Shown in pieces: positions 1 through 9,751 of a DNA stretch of 36,683 nt. Both the position numbers and the translations under genes were made by a program. The DNA comes from Chiloscyllium plagiosum (taxonomy: Eukaryota): assembly GCF_004010195.1 (NCBI RefSeq), contig NC_057719.1:94269178-94305860 (forward strand), read 5' to 3'. Under the pieces are notes generated by a model. The model searched no databases. It worked only from the letters and a program-made list of their open reading frames with translations, and had not been told where the DNA came from. Every line of letters begins with the position of its first letter. Position 1 is the first letter of the stretch.

Positions 1-620
1 CTCTCACACACTCACTCTCCTGCACACACATACCCTCACACTCTCTCTCTCACACACTCACTCTCCCGCACACACATACCATCACACACTCTCTCTCACA
101 CACTCACTCTCCTGCACACACATACCATCACACTCTCTCTCACACACTCACTCTCCTGCACACACATACCATCACACTCTCTCTCACACACTCACTCTCC
201 TGCACACACATACCATCACACTCTCTCTCACACACTCACTCTCCTGCACACACATACCATCACACTCTCTCTCACACACTCACTCTCCTGCACACACATA
301 CCATCACACTCTCTCTCACACACTCACTCTCCTGCACACACATACCATCACACTCTCTCTCACACACTCACTCTCCTGCACACACATACCATCACACTCT
401 CTCTCACACACTCACTCTCCTGCACACACATACCATCACACTCTCTCTCACACACTCACTCTCCTGCACACACATACCATCACACTCTCTCTCACACACT
501 CACTCTCCTGCACACACATACCATCACACTCTCTCTCACACACTCACTCTCCTGCACACACATACCATCACACTCTCTCTCACACACTCACTCTCCTGCA
601 CACACATACCCTCACACACT
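1..620. repeat. 44-bp CA/CT-rich minisatellite, about 14 copies, running off the left edge
   Basis: Unit ctctcacacactcactctcctgcacacacataccatcacactct. The same phase recurs at 181 and 401 (5 x 44 bp). Confidence 0.97.
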
Positions 621-1019
621 CACTTACACCTGAACAGCATTTCCTTAGTCAAGCAGCATGAAGGTGCAATCTTACTTTAAAGAAAATTGTATTGTTGAAT
701 GAACACCATCACTCTGCTAATTAAATACCCAAAGCGAATTCCCTCAGAATATGCTGCGCCAAATTTATTTCACAATTTATCACTTGCTCAGCATGGGAGC
801 AATCAGACACTTTCACTCGGTGATGAGCAGCAATTTTAATACCGCGAGAGAACATGCCTGTGAGTCCAGGCATGGAGAGAGGGTCCATTCCTCAGAACCC
901 AGGGCACTGTCTGACCGCCCTCCTCTCCCTGTGTGGCCAGTAAAGATCCTGGCACCGATATTTCCAAGGTAATCCATCCACCGACGTCAATTTGGGAAAG
1001 TTTCAGCCGCTTATACCTC

Positions 1020-1200
1020 ACAGCGCTTGTTTGCGCGAGCTTGCTGTGTGGAAAATGGCCGCCGGTGCTTCCTGGGCATTAGCAGTGGCCGTGTGGGGTT
1101 GGGAAGTTCTTTTGGGAGCCATCCCCTCCCCCATCCCGGCAGCCGAGGAGGCGCTATTGCAATGCAGAACCTCTGGCGTGGGGAGGTGGGGTTGAGTTTG
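1020..1200 (+). promoter_or_regulatory. CpG-rich patch with a YY1-type motif; possible promoter or first exon
   Basis: CpG dinucleotides are locally frequent. AAAATGGCCGCC at 1052-1063 opens MAAGASWALAVAVWGWEVLLGAIPSP (hydrophobic N-terminus). No downstream exon could be linked. Confidence 0.25.
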
Positions 1201-1323
1201 TAGATGCGGCCGGGGGGAGGGGGTCCGTTTCACATCGCAACTGGTCAGACCTGGTCCACCCTCAAACCCCGTTCTGACCTCCCAACTCCGGCCTCCATCT
1301 CCCATGGCAATGGGGTCTGGTTG

Positions 1324-1480
1324 TCAAGGGAAGACTAGGTCAGAGCTGAGGCCTACTTGTTCAAGAGCTAACATTTCTTTTTGTTGAGGGGTGGCGTGGG
1401 GTATGGTTCTCAAGGGAGGACTAGGTTGGAGCCTGAGGCCTACTCGCTCAGGAGATTGCATTTGTCTTTGTTGCAGTGGC
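1324..1480. repeat. Diverged tandem duplication, period about 86 bp
   Basis: tcaagggaagactaggtcagagctgaggcctac at 1324 versus tcaagggaggactaggttggagcctgaggcctac at 1410. Confidence 0.8.
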
Positions 1481-1769
1481 GGGGGGATGTGGGGGGAGCG
1501 TGTTCAAAAGATTTTTAACAATCAACAGGGGCAATAGGAGGAGGTGGGGGGCACACGCCATCCCTCCCACACGGGGCCGCGAGCTGTGTAGTGTAGGGTT
1601 GGAGGTCGTCCTCTGAGTCCGAGCCTCTGGAATGCCGGATGGAATTTGGAGAGGGCGGAACAATGCTGCCGTTGAGCTCCGGCATTCCTGACATGCCGCG
1701 GCTGGCTTCTCCTGGAGACGTTCCAGCACTTGGCACTTGAGGACGGCCTCATAAATCTCGGAGGACCTC

Positions 1770-1940
1770 CACAGTATGGGAGGAGGCCATTCGGTCCTCT
1801 GAGTGCGCAGCGAAGAGTGTCTCACCCAGTGCTGGCCTCTCCCTCCGTCCCTGTAACCCTGCGTTTCCCGTGGCTAACCCACCTTAGCCTGCACATCCCC
1901 ATGCACCATGGGAAATTCAGCACGGCCAATCCACCTAACC
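1770..1940 (-). mobile_element. Degenerate HE1-like SINE 3' part and tail fragments
   Basis: Reverse-complement similarity to the SINE body at 10119-10397 (ggccaatccacctaacc; agcctgcacatc) and to a gaatggcctcct-type LINE/SINE tail. Confidence 0.55.
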
Positions 1941-1944
1941 AACC

Positions 1945-2405
1945 CGACAGCACAGAAACAGACCCTTTGGTCTAACTGACCCTAACCCCAACCTAAACCA
2001 GTCCCACCTGCCTGCTCCTGGCCCATCTCCCTCCAACCCTTTCCTGCTCATGTCCTTATCCAAATGTCTTTTAAACGTTGTAACTGTCCCCACACACCCC
2101 CACTTCCTCAGGAAGCTCATTCCCCACACAAACTACTTTGTGTAAAAAGAAAATTTCTCCTCATAACGTTTTTAAATCTTTCCCCTCTCACCTTAAAGTT
2201 ATGTTCCCTGTCTTTAAATCCCCCACCCTCTGGAAAAGACACCTTCCATTAATGTCTATTCTCCCCTTAAAAATATGCCCCCACCCCCCGTCTTTAAATC
2301 CCCCCACCCTGCGGAAAAGGCACCAGCCATTCACTAAATCTATACCCGTCATGATTTTATAAACTTCTGTAAGGTTAGCTCTTAGCCTTCCATTATAACA
2401 CAAAC
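1945..2405 (-). mobile_element. CR1 LINE 3' end fragment with an internal ~80-bp duplication
   Basis: Minus-strand peptides LRANLTEVYKIMTGID and TTFKRHLDKDMSRKGLEG match the CR1 ORF2 C-terminus seen at 15639-16514. aaatcccccaccct occurs near 2217 and 2297. Confidence 0.85.
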
Positions 2406-2434
2406 CTTTTGGTGCCAGCAAATCTCATTTGAGG

Positions 2435-2540
2435 TGCAGAGGGAACCCCCACAGATACGGGGAGAATGTGCAAACTACACACAGACTCGAACCCAGGGCC
2501 CAGGCACTGTGAAGCTGCAGTGCTAACCACCACACCACAC
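2435..2540 (-). mobile_element. HE1-like tRNA SINE 5' fragment
   Basis: The reverse complement reads gtggtgtggtggttagcactgcagcttcacagtgcc...gtgtagtttgcacattctccccgt, matching the SINE head at 10119. Confidence 0.8.
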
Positions 2541-2719
2541 TCTATTGTGATGGGGATGCCGTGGGTTTCTGAACCGTTCCTCAGTGTACCCTGGGAGAGT
2601 TCAGGAGCTGAGGAATCGATGGAGACAGAAGGCAGTCATTTCACAGCAGGAGTGACAGCAAAGTACAGAGTTCAAAAGGAGCCCCAACTGGGGTTCAAAG
2701 GGGCCCTGCTCGAGGTAGA

Positions 2720-2925
2720 CACAGAAATCCACAGGGAAACAGGAGGAGGCCTTTCAGCCCATCCATGCCTGCTCCACCCGTCAATAAGACCAGGGCTGAC
2801 CATCCAACTCAGTCCCCTGCTCCCGGGTTCTCCCCCACACCGTACAATCCCTTTAGTCCCAGTGAACTCAGTCGAACCCCTCCTGGAAATGATTCGGTGT
2901 TTCAGCTTCAGCCACAGCCTGCGGC
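2720..2925 (-). mobile_element. Old CR1 3' UTR fragment
   Basis: aggaggcctttcagcccatccatgcctgctcc...aataagaccagggctgacc resembles the reverse complement of CR1 3' tails. Confidence 0.6.
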
Positions 2926-3069
2926 CTGGACTGAGTTTGGGCTTTGAAGACGGGCTTTTGGGTAGATCGGTCTCGGGGTAATATTTCCACGTGTTAGGGG
3001 GAGAACAGGATTATCCCAGAATGTAACCCCGTGCTGTCCCTGTCCTGGGAGGGTTTGATGGGGGACATA

Positions 3070-4600
3070 AGGCATTTGATAAAGTCTCACATGGCAGATT
3101 GGCACTGAAACTAAAATCACATGGGATTCAGGGTGGGCTGGCTAGATGGATACAAGAATTTAGATCAGAGTGGTGCTGGAAAAACACAGCAGGTTAGGCA
3201 GCATCAGAGGAGCAGGAAAGTTGACGATTCGGGCAAAAGCCCTTCATCAGGAACAGAGGCAGGAAGCCTCCAGAGTGGAGAGATAAATATGGGGGTTGGG
3301 GTGGAGTTGGGGGGGGAGCTGGGGAGAAGTCAGCAAAGGTTTCCCCAGCCTCACCCCCCAACCCCATTTATGTCTCCACTGTGCAGGCACCCTGCCTCTA
3401 TTCCTGATGAAGGGCTTTTGCCTGAAACGTCGATTTTCCTGCTCCTCGGATGCTGCCTGAACTGCTGTGCTTTTCCAGCACCACTCTGATCTAAATTCTG
3501 GTTTCCAGCATCTGCAGTCCTCACTTTTGCCGAGATGGATACAAAACTGGCTTGGTCATAGAAGACAGAGGGTAGCAGTGGAAGGGTATTTTTCAGAATG
3601 GAAGCTGGTAACTAGTGTGTTCCAAAGGGATCAGTCTTAGGTTCTCTGTTGTTTGTAGTACATATAAATGATCTGGAGGAAAATGGAGGATGGCATGAAG
3701 ATTAGTGAAGTTGCTGATAGTGCTAGCAATTGTGAAAGGATACAACAGCATTCAGACAGATTGGTGACTTGGCCACAGAAATGACAGATGGAGTTAAATC
3801 CAGACAAATGTGAAGTAATGCATTTTGCAGAATCAAATTTAGATGTGAATTATCATGTAAATTGAAGAACCCTTAGGGACATTAACATACAGACAGATCT
3901 AGGTGTGCAGATCCACAGTTCCCTAAAACTGGCAACACAGATTGCCAAGGTTATTAAGAAGGCATATGGCATGTTTACCTTCATTGACCAGGGCATAGAG
4001 CTCAAGAGTTGGTAAGCCATATTGCAGCTATATAATACCCTTGTTCGGCTGCATTTAGAACATTGTGTGTCGTTCTGGTCGCCACATTACCAGAAGGACA
4101 TGGAAGCTTTGAAGAGAGTGCAGATGAGATTCACAAGGACATTGCCTGGTCTAGAGAGTCTGAGCAAAGGTTAAAAAGACGAGGATTGTTTTCACAGGAA
4201 AGAAAGCAGCTAAGAGACCTGATAGAGGTCTACAAACTTATGAGATGCATAGATAGGGTGGATAGTAAGAGGCTTTTTTCCCAGGGTTGAGGTTTCACTT
4301 ACCAGAGAACACAGATTCAAGATGAGAAGGGGAAAGTTTAAGGCAGATGTGAGAGGGAAGGTTTTCACGGACAGAGTGGTAGGAGCCTGGAATGCGCAGC
4401 CAGACGGGGTGGTGGAAGCAGGAACATTGGTGACATTTAAGAAATATTGGGATGGTTACATGAATAGAGAGAGAGTAGAGGGATATGGATCAAATAAGTG
4501 CAGAAGACTTGTTTTTTAGTTTAGTTAGGGCATGATGATCGGCACAAGCTTGGAGGGCCAAAGGGCCTGTTCCTGTCCTGTACTTCTCTTTTGTTCTTTT
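3070..4600 (+). mobile_element. 5'-truncated, degenerate CR1 LINE (RT to 3' UTR), interrupted at 3156-3532
   Basis: AFDKVSHGRL..KLKSHGI at 3071; DLIEVYKLMR; RVVGAWN..P..VVEAGTLVTFKKY; CR1-type tail gggcctgttcctgtcctgtac. Many stops and frameshifts. Confidence 0.92.
3156..3532. mobile_element. Palindromic short PLE-type element (MER6-like family) with 12-bp TSD
   Basis: TSD agatggatacaa at 3144-3155 and 3533-3544. Arms ~3155-3300 and ~3350-3499 are inverted repeats. ctgatga-a-gggc-tttt-gcct-gaaacgtc at 3404-3431. Confidence 0.9.
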
Positions 4601-4609
4601 GAAACAGGT

Positions 4610-4795
4610 TGAGGAACAGAGCCAAGAAAAAGCAACAGAAAATCATAGAGGGAGAAACATATAGGGAAAAACATCTGAGAATCAAGTAGGGGAGAAATGG
4701 ATAGGAGGAACAGACTGAGAAACTGAGGGGGGTAAACAGAGGCTGAGAAACAGAGGGGCGTAAACACAAAGGGAGAAGCAGAGACTGAGTAACAG
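4610..4795. repeat. Purine-rich low-complexity tract
   Basis: Recurring aacaga/gagaaa/ctgag words with a strong A+G bias. Confidence 0.6.
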
Positions 4796-4800
4796 TTCCT

Positions 4801-4956
4801 CCCTAACTGTAACCACAAACCAACCTCTAACCCTAACTCCAACCCCAACCCTATGGTCCTGATCTTAGACCCAACCCTGACCCTAAACCCTAATCCTTTG
4901 GGCCTATCCCTAATCCGTTAGGGTCAGGGTGAGAATGAGAGTTTAGGGTTAGGGTT
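4801..4956. repeat. Degenerate telomere-like repeat: (CCCTAA)n-like switching to (TTAGGG)n-like near 4917
   Basis: ccctaa/taaccc variants at 4801-4914, then ttagggtcagggt...ttagggttagggtt at 4918-4956. Confidence 0.75.
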
Positions 4957-5030
4957 CAAAGTTTGGGAGAAGATTTGTAGCTCGGGTGCTCGTTGTTGTG
5001 ATTCTGTTCGCCGAGCTGGGAATTTGTGTT

Positions 5031-5070
5031 GCAGACGTTTCGTCCCCTGTCCAGGTGACATCCTCAGTAC
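5031..5070 (-). ncRNA. Minimal type I hammerhead ribozyme motif (PLE-associated)
   Basis: Minus strand gta-CTGAGGA-t-gtcacc-tggaca-ggggac-GAAAC-GTC-tgc: core boxes, stem II, palindromic ACGT stem III, 3-bp stem I. Activity untested. Confidence 0.7.
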
Positions 5071-5564
5071 TTGGGAGCCTCCTGTGAAGCGCTTCTGTGA
5101 TGTTTCCTCCGGCATTTCTAGTGGCCTGTCCCTGCCGCTTCTGGTTGTCAGTTCCAGCTGTCCGCTGCAGTGGCCGGTATATTGGGTCCAGGTCAATGTG
5201 CTTGTTGATTGAATCTGTGGATGAGTGCCATGCCTCTAGGAATTCCGGCTGTTCTCTGTTTGGCTTGTCCTATAATAGTACTGTTGTCCCAGTCGAACTC
5301 ATGTTGCTTGTCATCTGAGTGTGTGGTTACTAAGGATAGCTGGTCATGTCATTTCGTGGCTAGTTGGCATTCATGGATGTGGATCGTTAGCTGTCTTCCT
5401 GTTTGTCCACTCATCCACTGATTCAATCAATAAGCACATCGACCTGGACCCAATATACCGGCCACTGCAGCGGACAGCTGGAACTGACAACTGGAAGCGA
5501 CAGATACAAACCACTATAAATGCTGGAGGAAAGATCACAGAAGTTCTTCACAGGAGGCTCCCAA

Positions 5565-5604
5565 GCACTGAGGATGTCACCTAGACAGGGGACGAAACGT
5601 CTGA
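5565..5604 (+). ncRNA. Minimal hammerhead ribozyme motif (stem I weakened)
   Basis: gca-CTGAGGA-t-gtcacc-tagaca-ggggac-GAAAC-GTC-tga. Confidence 0.65.
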
Positions 5605-6041
5605 AACACAAATTCCCAGCTGGGCGAACAGAACCACAACAGGGTTAGGGTTACTGAGGCGCCTCAGTACAATTGCAATCCCCTCCACACCAGCAGAATA
5701 TATGTGTGTTTGTTTCTGTTGATGCTGCTGTGAGCTACTCTCTCTCTTTAACTGAACCCCTGATAATGTTCACACTCCACTGTCCCCTGTGCAAAGACAT
5801 GTGGATGCCAGCAGGAGGTAGCGTTGCATCACTTTAAAAATACAAAGGAGCAATCGGGAGAGAGACACTCAGAACATTTCTCTCTCTCTCTCTGTCAGTG
5901 TATTTGTATGTTTCTCCCTCTGTGTCACAGTATGCTTCTGTGTGTGTTTCAGTGTCTCTGTTTCCGTGAGTGTGTCTATCTCTGTCGAACTATATCTGTG
6001 TGTTTGCAGCTGAGACATATACTGATCTACATGAATGTATG

Positions 6042-6250
6042 GGCGGAGGTGGGTACTGCAGATACTGGAGATTAGAGTCAAGATTAGAGTGGTGCTGGAA
6101 ACGCACAGCAGGTCAGACAGCATCCGAGGAGCAGGGAAATTGACGTTTCTGGCAAAAGTAAGAAGGGTGATAGCCCAAAATGTCGATTTTCCTGCTCCTC
6201 AGATACTGCCTGACCTGCTGTGCGTTTCCAGCACCACTCTAATCTTGACT
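6042..6250. mobile_element. Palindromic MER6-like short element with ~15-bp TSD
   Basis: ctacatgaatgtatg at 6027-6041 and ctacatgagtgtatg at 6251-6265. Inverted arms tagagtcaagattagagtggtgctggaaacg / cgtttccagcaccactctaatcttgactcta. Confidence 0.9.
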
Positions 6251-7004
6251 CTACATGAGTGTATGCGCTAGTGTGTGTCTCTATGTTTGTGTGTGTCTGT
6301 GCCTGTGTCTCTGTTCTCTTGGCAGTGAATCCATTGAAATGGGTTTAACCTCCTGCTCCGCTTTTCTCACTTTCACTCTTGTGTTTAAGGTGATACAACA
6401 CTGATGATCATGTCCATGTGTGTGTCTCCTGTGTGTGTGTCTGTGAGTCTCTCTCTGAATGCAATAGGACTCACTGGAGGGAAGTCTGAATGAAATAATT
6501 AGAATGTGTCAGTCTCTCTCTCTCTCTCTCTCCCACCCCCTTGCATTTAAAGTGATACAATGCCACTCTCTGGTGGCCTCTCTGTGCCACTACACAACCA
6601 GCAGATTTTTTTTCTCACTTGGAGAAAGTACCAAAGCCTTTCAATCTGTTATGCTGCACACTTGTTTCCTTCTTTAAACAATGCCTTTGGAGAGACGAAG
6701 CTGTTTTCTCCGATTGATGTTGCCTCTAAGATACGAGCAGAAGCAGATGAATAAACCCAGTGCTGGTCTCACCCCCTCCACGTTGCAATTCGTTTCTCAC
6801 TTGGAAACTGAGAGAGTCGGTTACAAAATATTAGAAATTGCAGAAAGTGCAATAAAACACACCATGTTTCCTTTTAAAACGGTTCACTCGGACGTGCCTG
6901 GATCCAGTTGCGATGGAAATACTTTTTTTAATGTATATCATGTCAGGAAAACTGCCCTAAGGTAAATCATTTCCCCACTGCAGAGGGAACACATACGTTT
7001 CCGA

Positions 7005-7302
7005 ACATGCCAGGGAATTCCTAGAGGCATGGCATTCATCCACAAACTCCATCAACAAACACATCGACCTGGACCCAATATACCGGTCACTACAGCGGAC
7101 AGCTGAAACTGACAACTGGAAGCGGCAGGGACAGACCACTATAAACACCGGAGGAAACATCAAAGAAGCGCTTCGCAGGAGGCTTCCAAGCACTGATGAT
7201 GTCGCCTAGCCAGGGGACGAAACGTTTGCAACAAAAACTTCCAGCTCGGCGAACAGAACCACAACAACGAGCACCCGAGCTACAAATCTTCGCACAAACT
7301 TA
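7005..7302 (+). mobile_element. Penelope-like element 3' end (pLTR), same family as 4957-5640
   Basis: AREFLEAWHSSTNSINKHIDLDPIY, followed by the family terminus gagcacccgagctacaaatctt. Confidence 0.9.
7190..7229 (+). ncRNA. Minimal type I hammerhead ribozyme motif, best-preserved copy
   Basis: GCA-CTGATGA-t-gtcgcc-tagcca-ggggac-GAAAC-GTT-TGC. Stem I is GCA/UGC; predicted cleavage after GUU at 7226. Confidence 0.75.
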
Positions 7303-8155
7303 TAACAAAACAATAAATTAAAACTTAAGTCTCTCAAAGTCCACACAGAATGTGTCTTCTAGAAAGTTCATCTGTCTCTCCAGTCTTTCTTTTGCTGATT
7401 ATGCTGTCAGGGATGTTTCCTCTGTAATTTCTTCTGTTCTGAACGTCTCGCTCCACTGAATTCTGGTGCCAGGGGTATTATCTAAAAGTGCCATACACCT
7501 TTATGAATGGATGGTGTTTTTTTCTGAGAGTTGCAAAGTTCTTATCTCTTCAGATGGCAGTTAGTTCTCTCTTGATTTTCAAAAATCCTTTTTGATATAA
7601 CCCCTTTTGATATAACCCATGTGACACATCATGTTCTTATGATTGATTTCAGGCTGCCAACATCATCAGTTTTAAATTCAGTTGGCTTTGAATCATTGAG
7701 TGCTTGGTTTAAATAATTGGCTGAGTCCAACTTTTTGCCAAAACATCAAAACAAATCTGAGGTTTTCAATCACAGCCAATTATTACGTTTCCATTTTAGA
7801 ATTGTCGTAATCTACAACTGCTTACAGACACATTTGTTTTACATCTTGGAAAAGCACATCACCTCTTAAAGGGACCACACAATCTTCCCTCCTGTCATTT
7901 TTACAAACAAATTCTAGCATCCTGCCTTCCACTTCATAAGTATTCTATACAACTTTGTGACATTGTCCACAACATTCTTAGCATGATAGATGCTCCACAG
8001 TGAGTCCACCTGCAGATCCAGCTCTGAAAAGCGGTGAGCCAGTAGCTACAGTTGGACACACTGCTTGCACACATCGTCATTTTTTTTGTTTTATAGATAT
8101 TTTTATTAGAAATTTGACATTTTTACAAGTTTACAAAAATAAACAAAACTCTCAA

Positions 8156-8415
8156 ATACAAACATTGATATACAATTAAATCAAATATACAATAGCCAAA
8201 ATTTAACAAAAGAAATAAAATACCGAAAAAGAAAAAAACCAAAACTCAACTGTCTACTAATCTAACCTACAAATAACCAGAGTGTATATACAAACATTGA
8301 TATACAATTAAATCAAATATACAATAGCCAAAATTTAACAAAAGAAAAAAAATACCGAAAAAAAACCCAAAACTCAACTGTCTACTAATCTAACCTACAA
8401 ATAACCAGAGTGTAT
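8156..8415. repeat. Tandem duplication (~130 bp x 2) in the half-L1 3' UTR
   Basis: 8156-8287 and 8288-8415 are near identical (atacaaacattgatatac...ataaccagagtgtat), differing mainly in A-run lengths. Confidence 0.95.
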
Positions 8416-8624
8416 ATTTAAGTCTCTTATACATACATACCCACATATATATATAAAATACTAAAAGAAAACAACCCCAAGGGGGGGGGGGGGTAGAAAA
8501 TCAAATCCCTCTCCCCACCCCCCATGATAATATTAAACAGTAAGGTAAGTAAAAAGAAAATAAAAGGGGGGATATAAACCAAAGCGGGGGGAAAGGCAAA
8601 CCAACATCCATTATCTCTTACAGT

Positions 8625-9475
8625 TTATCTAAGAGAGTCCAAGAATTCCTTAGCCTTTTCTGGTGATCCGAAGTTATGTACGGATCCTTCATGGTTAAAG
8701 CGTAGCGTCGCTGGGTAATGTAAGGAGTACTGAATATTTAAGTCCCTTAAACGCTTCTTCACCTCGTCGAATGCCTTCCTCTTTCGGACCAGAACTGGGG
8801 AAAAGTCCTGGAATAACATGATCTTGGATCCTTTATAGATCATAGCTTGGGGGCCTTTTCCAAGATTTCTTGAGGCTTCTAGGAGTATCTGCCTCTCCTT
8901 GTAGCTCTGCAGCTGGAACAGGACCGGTTGTGGGCGCTGGTTCGAGCCGGGCCCGCGTATTGCGACCCGGTAGGCCCATTCCACCCTTACCTGGCCTGAT
9001 CCAGCCTCCAGATTTAAAAGCTGTGGCAGCCACTGCTCGAGGAATGCTGTAAGCTGGCCTTCCTCTTCCCGTTCGGGAAGGCCCAGCAAACGAATATTTT
9101 TTCGACGACCTCGATTATCGAGGTCATCAAAGTGGTTCTCTAAGGTCCGGGCTCGCTGTTCGAGAGTCCGGACCTGATCCACGGCCGATTGCACTGTAGT
9201 TTCGGAGGTCGTGGCCTTTAACTCCGCCCCTCTGACTCGGCGCTCGATTTCCTGGATGTCTTGGTCATGCTTCTGCAGCGCGGCTGAGAGTGAGTCCCAT
9301 CGGCTTCGGGACTCTTCGATAAAAGCGTCGTTCTTCGCATCCAGTTTGGAGATCATTTCTACAAGGCTTGTCACTGTAGGTAAGTTCCCCGGGGTGGCTG
9401 TGGACGCCTCTGCTGCAGCTGGAGAGGGTGAGGGAGGGGGTCCTGCGTGCTGAGGGCTCTCTTCCCTTTGGTCAT
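8625..9475 (-). pseudogene. L1 ORF1p (coiled coil, RRM, CTD), frameshifted near the N-terminus; 249 codons still open at 8625-9374
   Basis: Heptad-rich N-half, then DDLDNRGRRKNIRLLGLPE, VRVEWAYRV, RPQPVLFQL, IMLFQDFS..LVRKRKAF, YSLHYPATL. The ATG at 9475 is out of frame by a 7-bp deletion relative to copy 2; restoring it gives 285 aa. Confidence 0.92.
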
Positions 9476-9751
9476 TTTTACTAAATATTAGATTGTTTAA
9501 ATTTAATATTAAACAATTAATTAAATTAAACAGCTATTATAAATGATTTGGTGAGCGTGGTAGGGGGTGGGTGACCCACTTTACCCAAGTCTTGGGAGGA
9601 GCACTATAGACTCAGACTTGCTGGGTCGCCGCCATCTTGGATCCCCCCCACACACCGTCATTAAGGACACTGGCAGTGTTCCTTATTATGCAAGAAGAGA
9701 ACACCATGGGTCTGAGTTCTCCTGTCATGACTCCTCTTTAGATCAACTAGA

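Larger units (their letters stand above)
4957..5640. mobile_element. Penelope-like element remnant: two 3' ends (pLTRs) in inverted arrangement, 12-bp TSD
   Basis: The left arm (minus, 4957-~5407) carries degenerate GIY-YIG C-terminal sequence ending WHSSTDSINKHIDLDPIY. The right arm (plus, ~5408-5640) is its inverted copy. TSD agggttagggtt at 4945-4956 and 5641-5652. Confidence 0.9.
8082..9648 (-). mobile_element. Full-length ORF1-only L1 derivative (half-L1/HAL1-like), copy 1
   Basis: 5' GGGGGGATCCAAGATGGCGGCG start, ~170-nt 5' UTR, L1 ORF1, ~540-nt 3' UTR, AATAAA (8102-8107, minus), A-tail at 8080-8092, TSD cacaca(t/c)cgtcatt at 8068-8081 and 9649-9662. No ORF2. Confidence 0.9.
7960..9735 (-). 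mobile_element. Old CR1-type ORF1 N-terminal fragment (7960-8081 plus 9663-9735) split by the half-L1 insertion
   Basis: Removing the insert and one TSD copy gives the in-frame peptide ELRPMVFSSCIIRNTASVLNDGVCKQCVQL*LLAHRFSELDLQVDSLWSI, which resembles a CR1 ORF1 zinc-finger/leucine-zipper region. Confidence 0.65.

Noticed and set aside
1..620. CRISPR-like array
   Set aside because: Units are contiguous with no unique spacers, no cas genes are present, and the context is eukaryotic.
2466..2981. 171-aa ORF as a host gene
   Set aside because: It runs through antisense SINE and CR1 remnants and has no recognisable domain.
4801..4956. Telomere-telomere fusion site
   Set aside because: The orientation is opposite to the (TTAGGG)n-(CCCTAA)n expected of a fusion, and the tract is short and degenerate.
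6560..6965. Short plus-strand ORFs ending near an AAG|GTAAAT donor-like site
   Set aside because: No clear acceptor, no recognisable protein similarity and no partner exon.
7310..7880. Possible solo LTR
   Set aside because: No second copy, clear TG..CA ends or TSD could be identified by eye.
8625..9374. Domesticated L1TD1-like host gene
   Set aside because: It retains TSD, A-tail and element UTRs, is multicopy, and its true ATG is out of frame.
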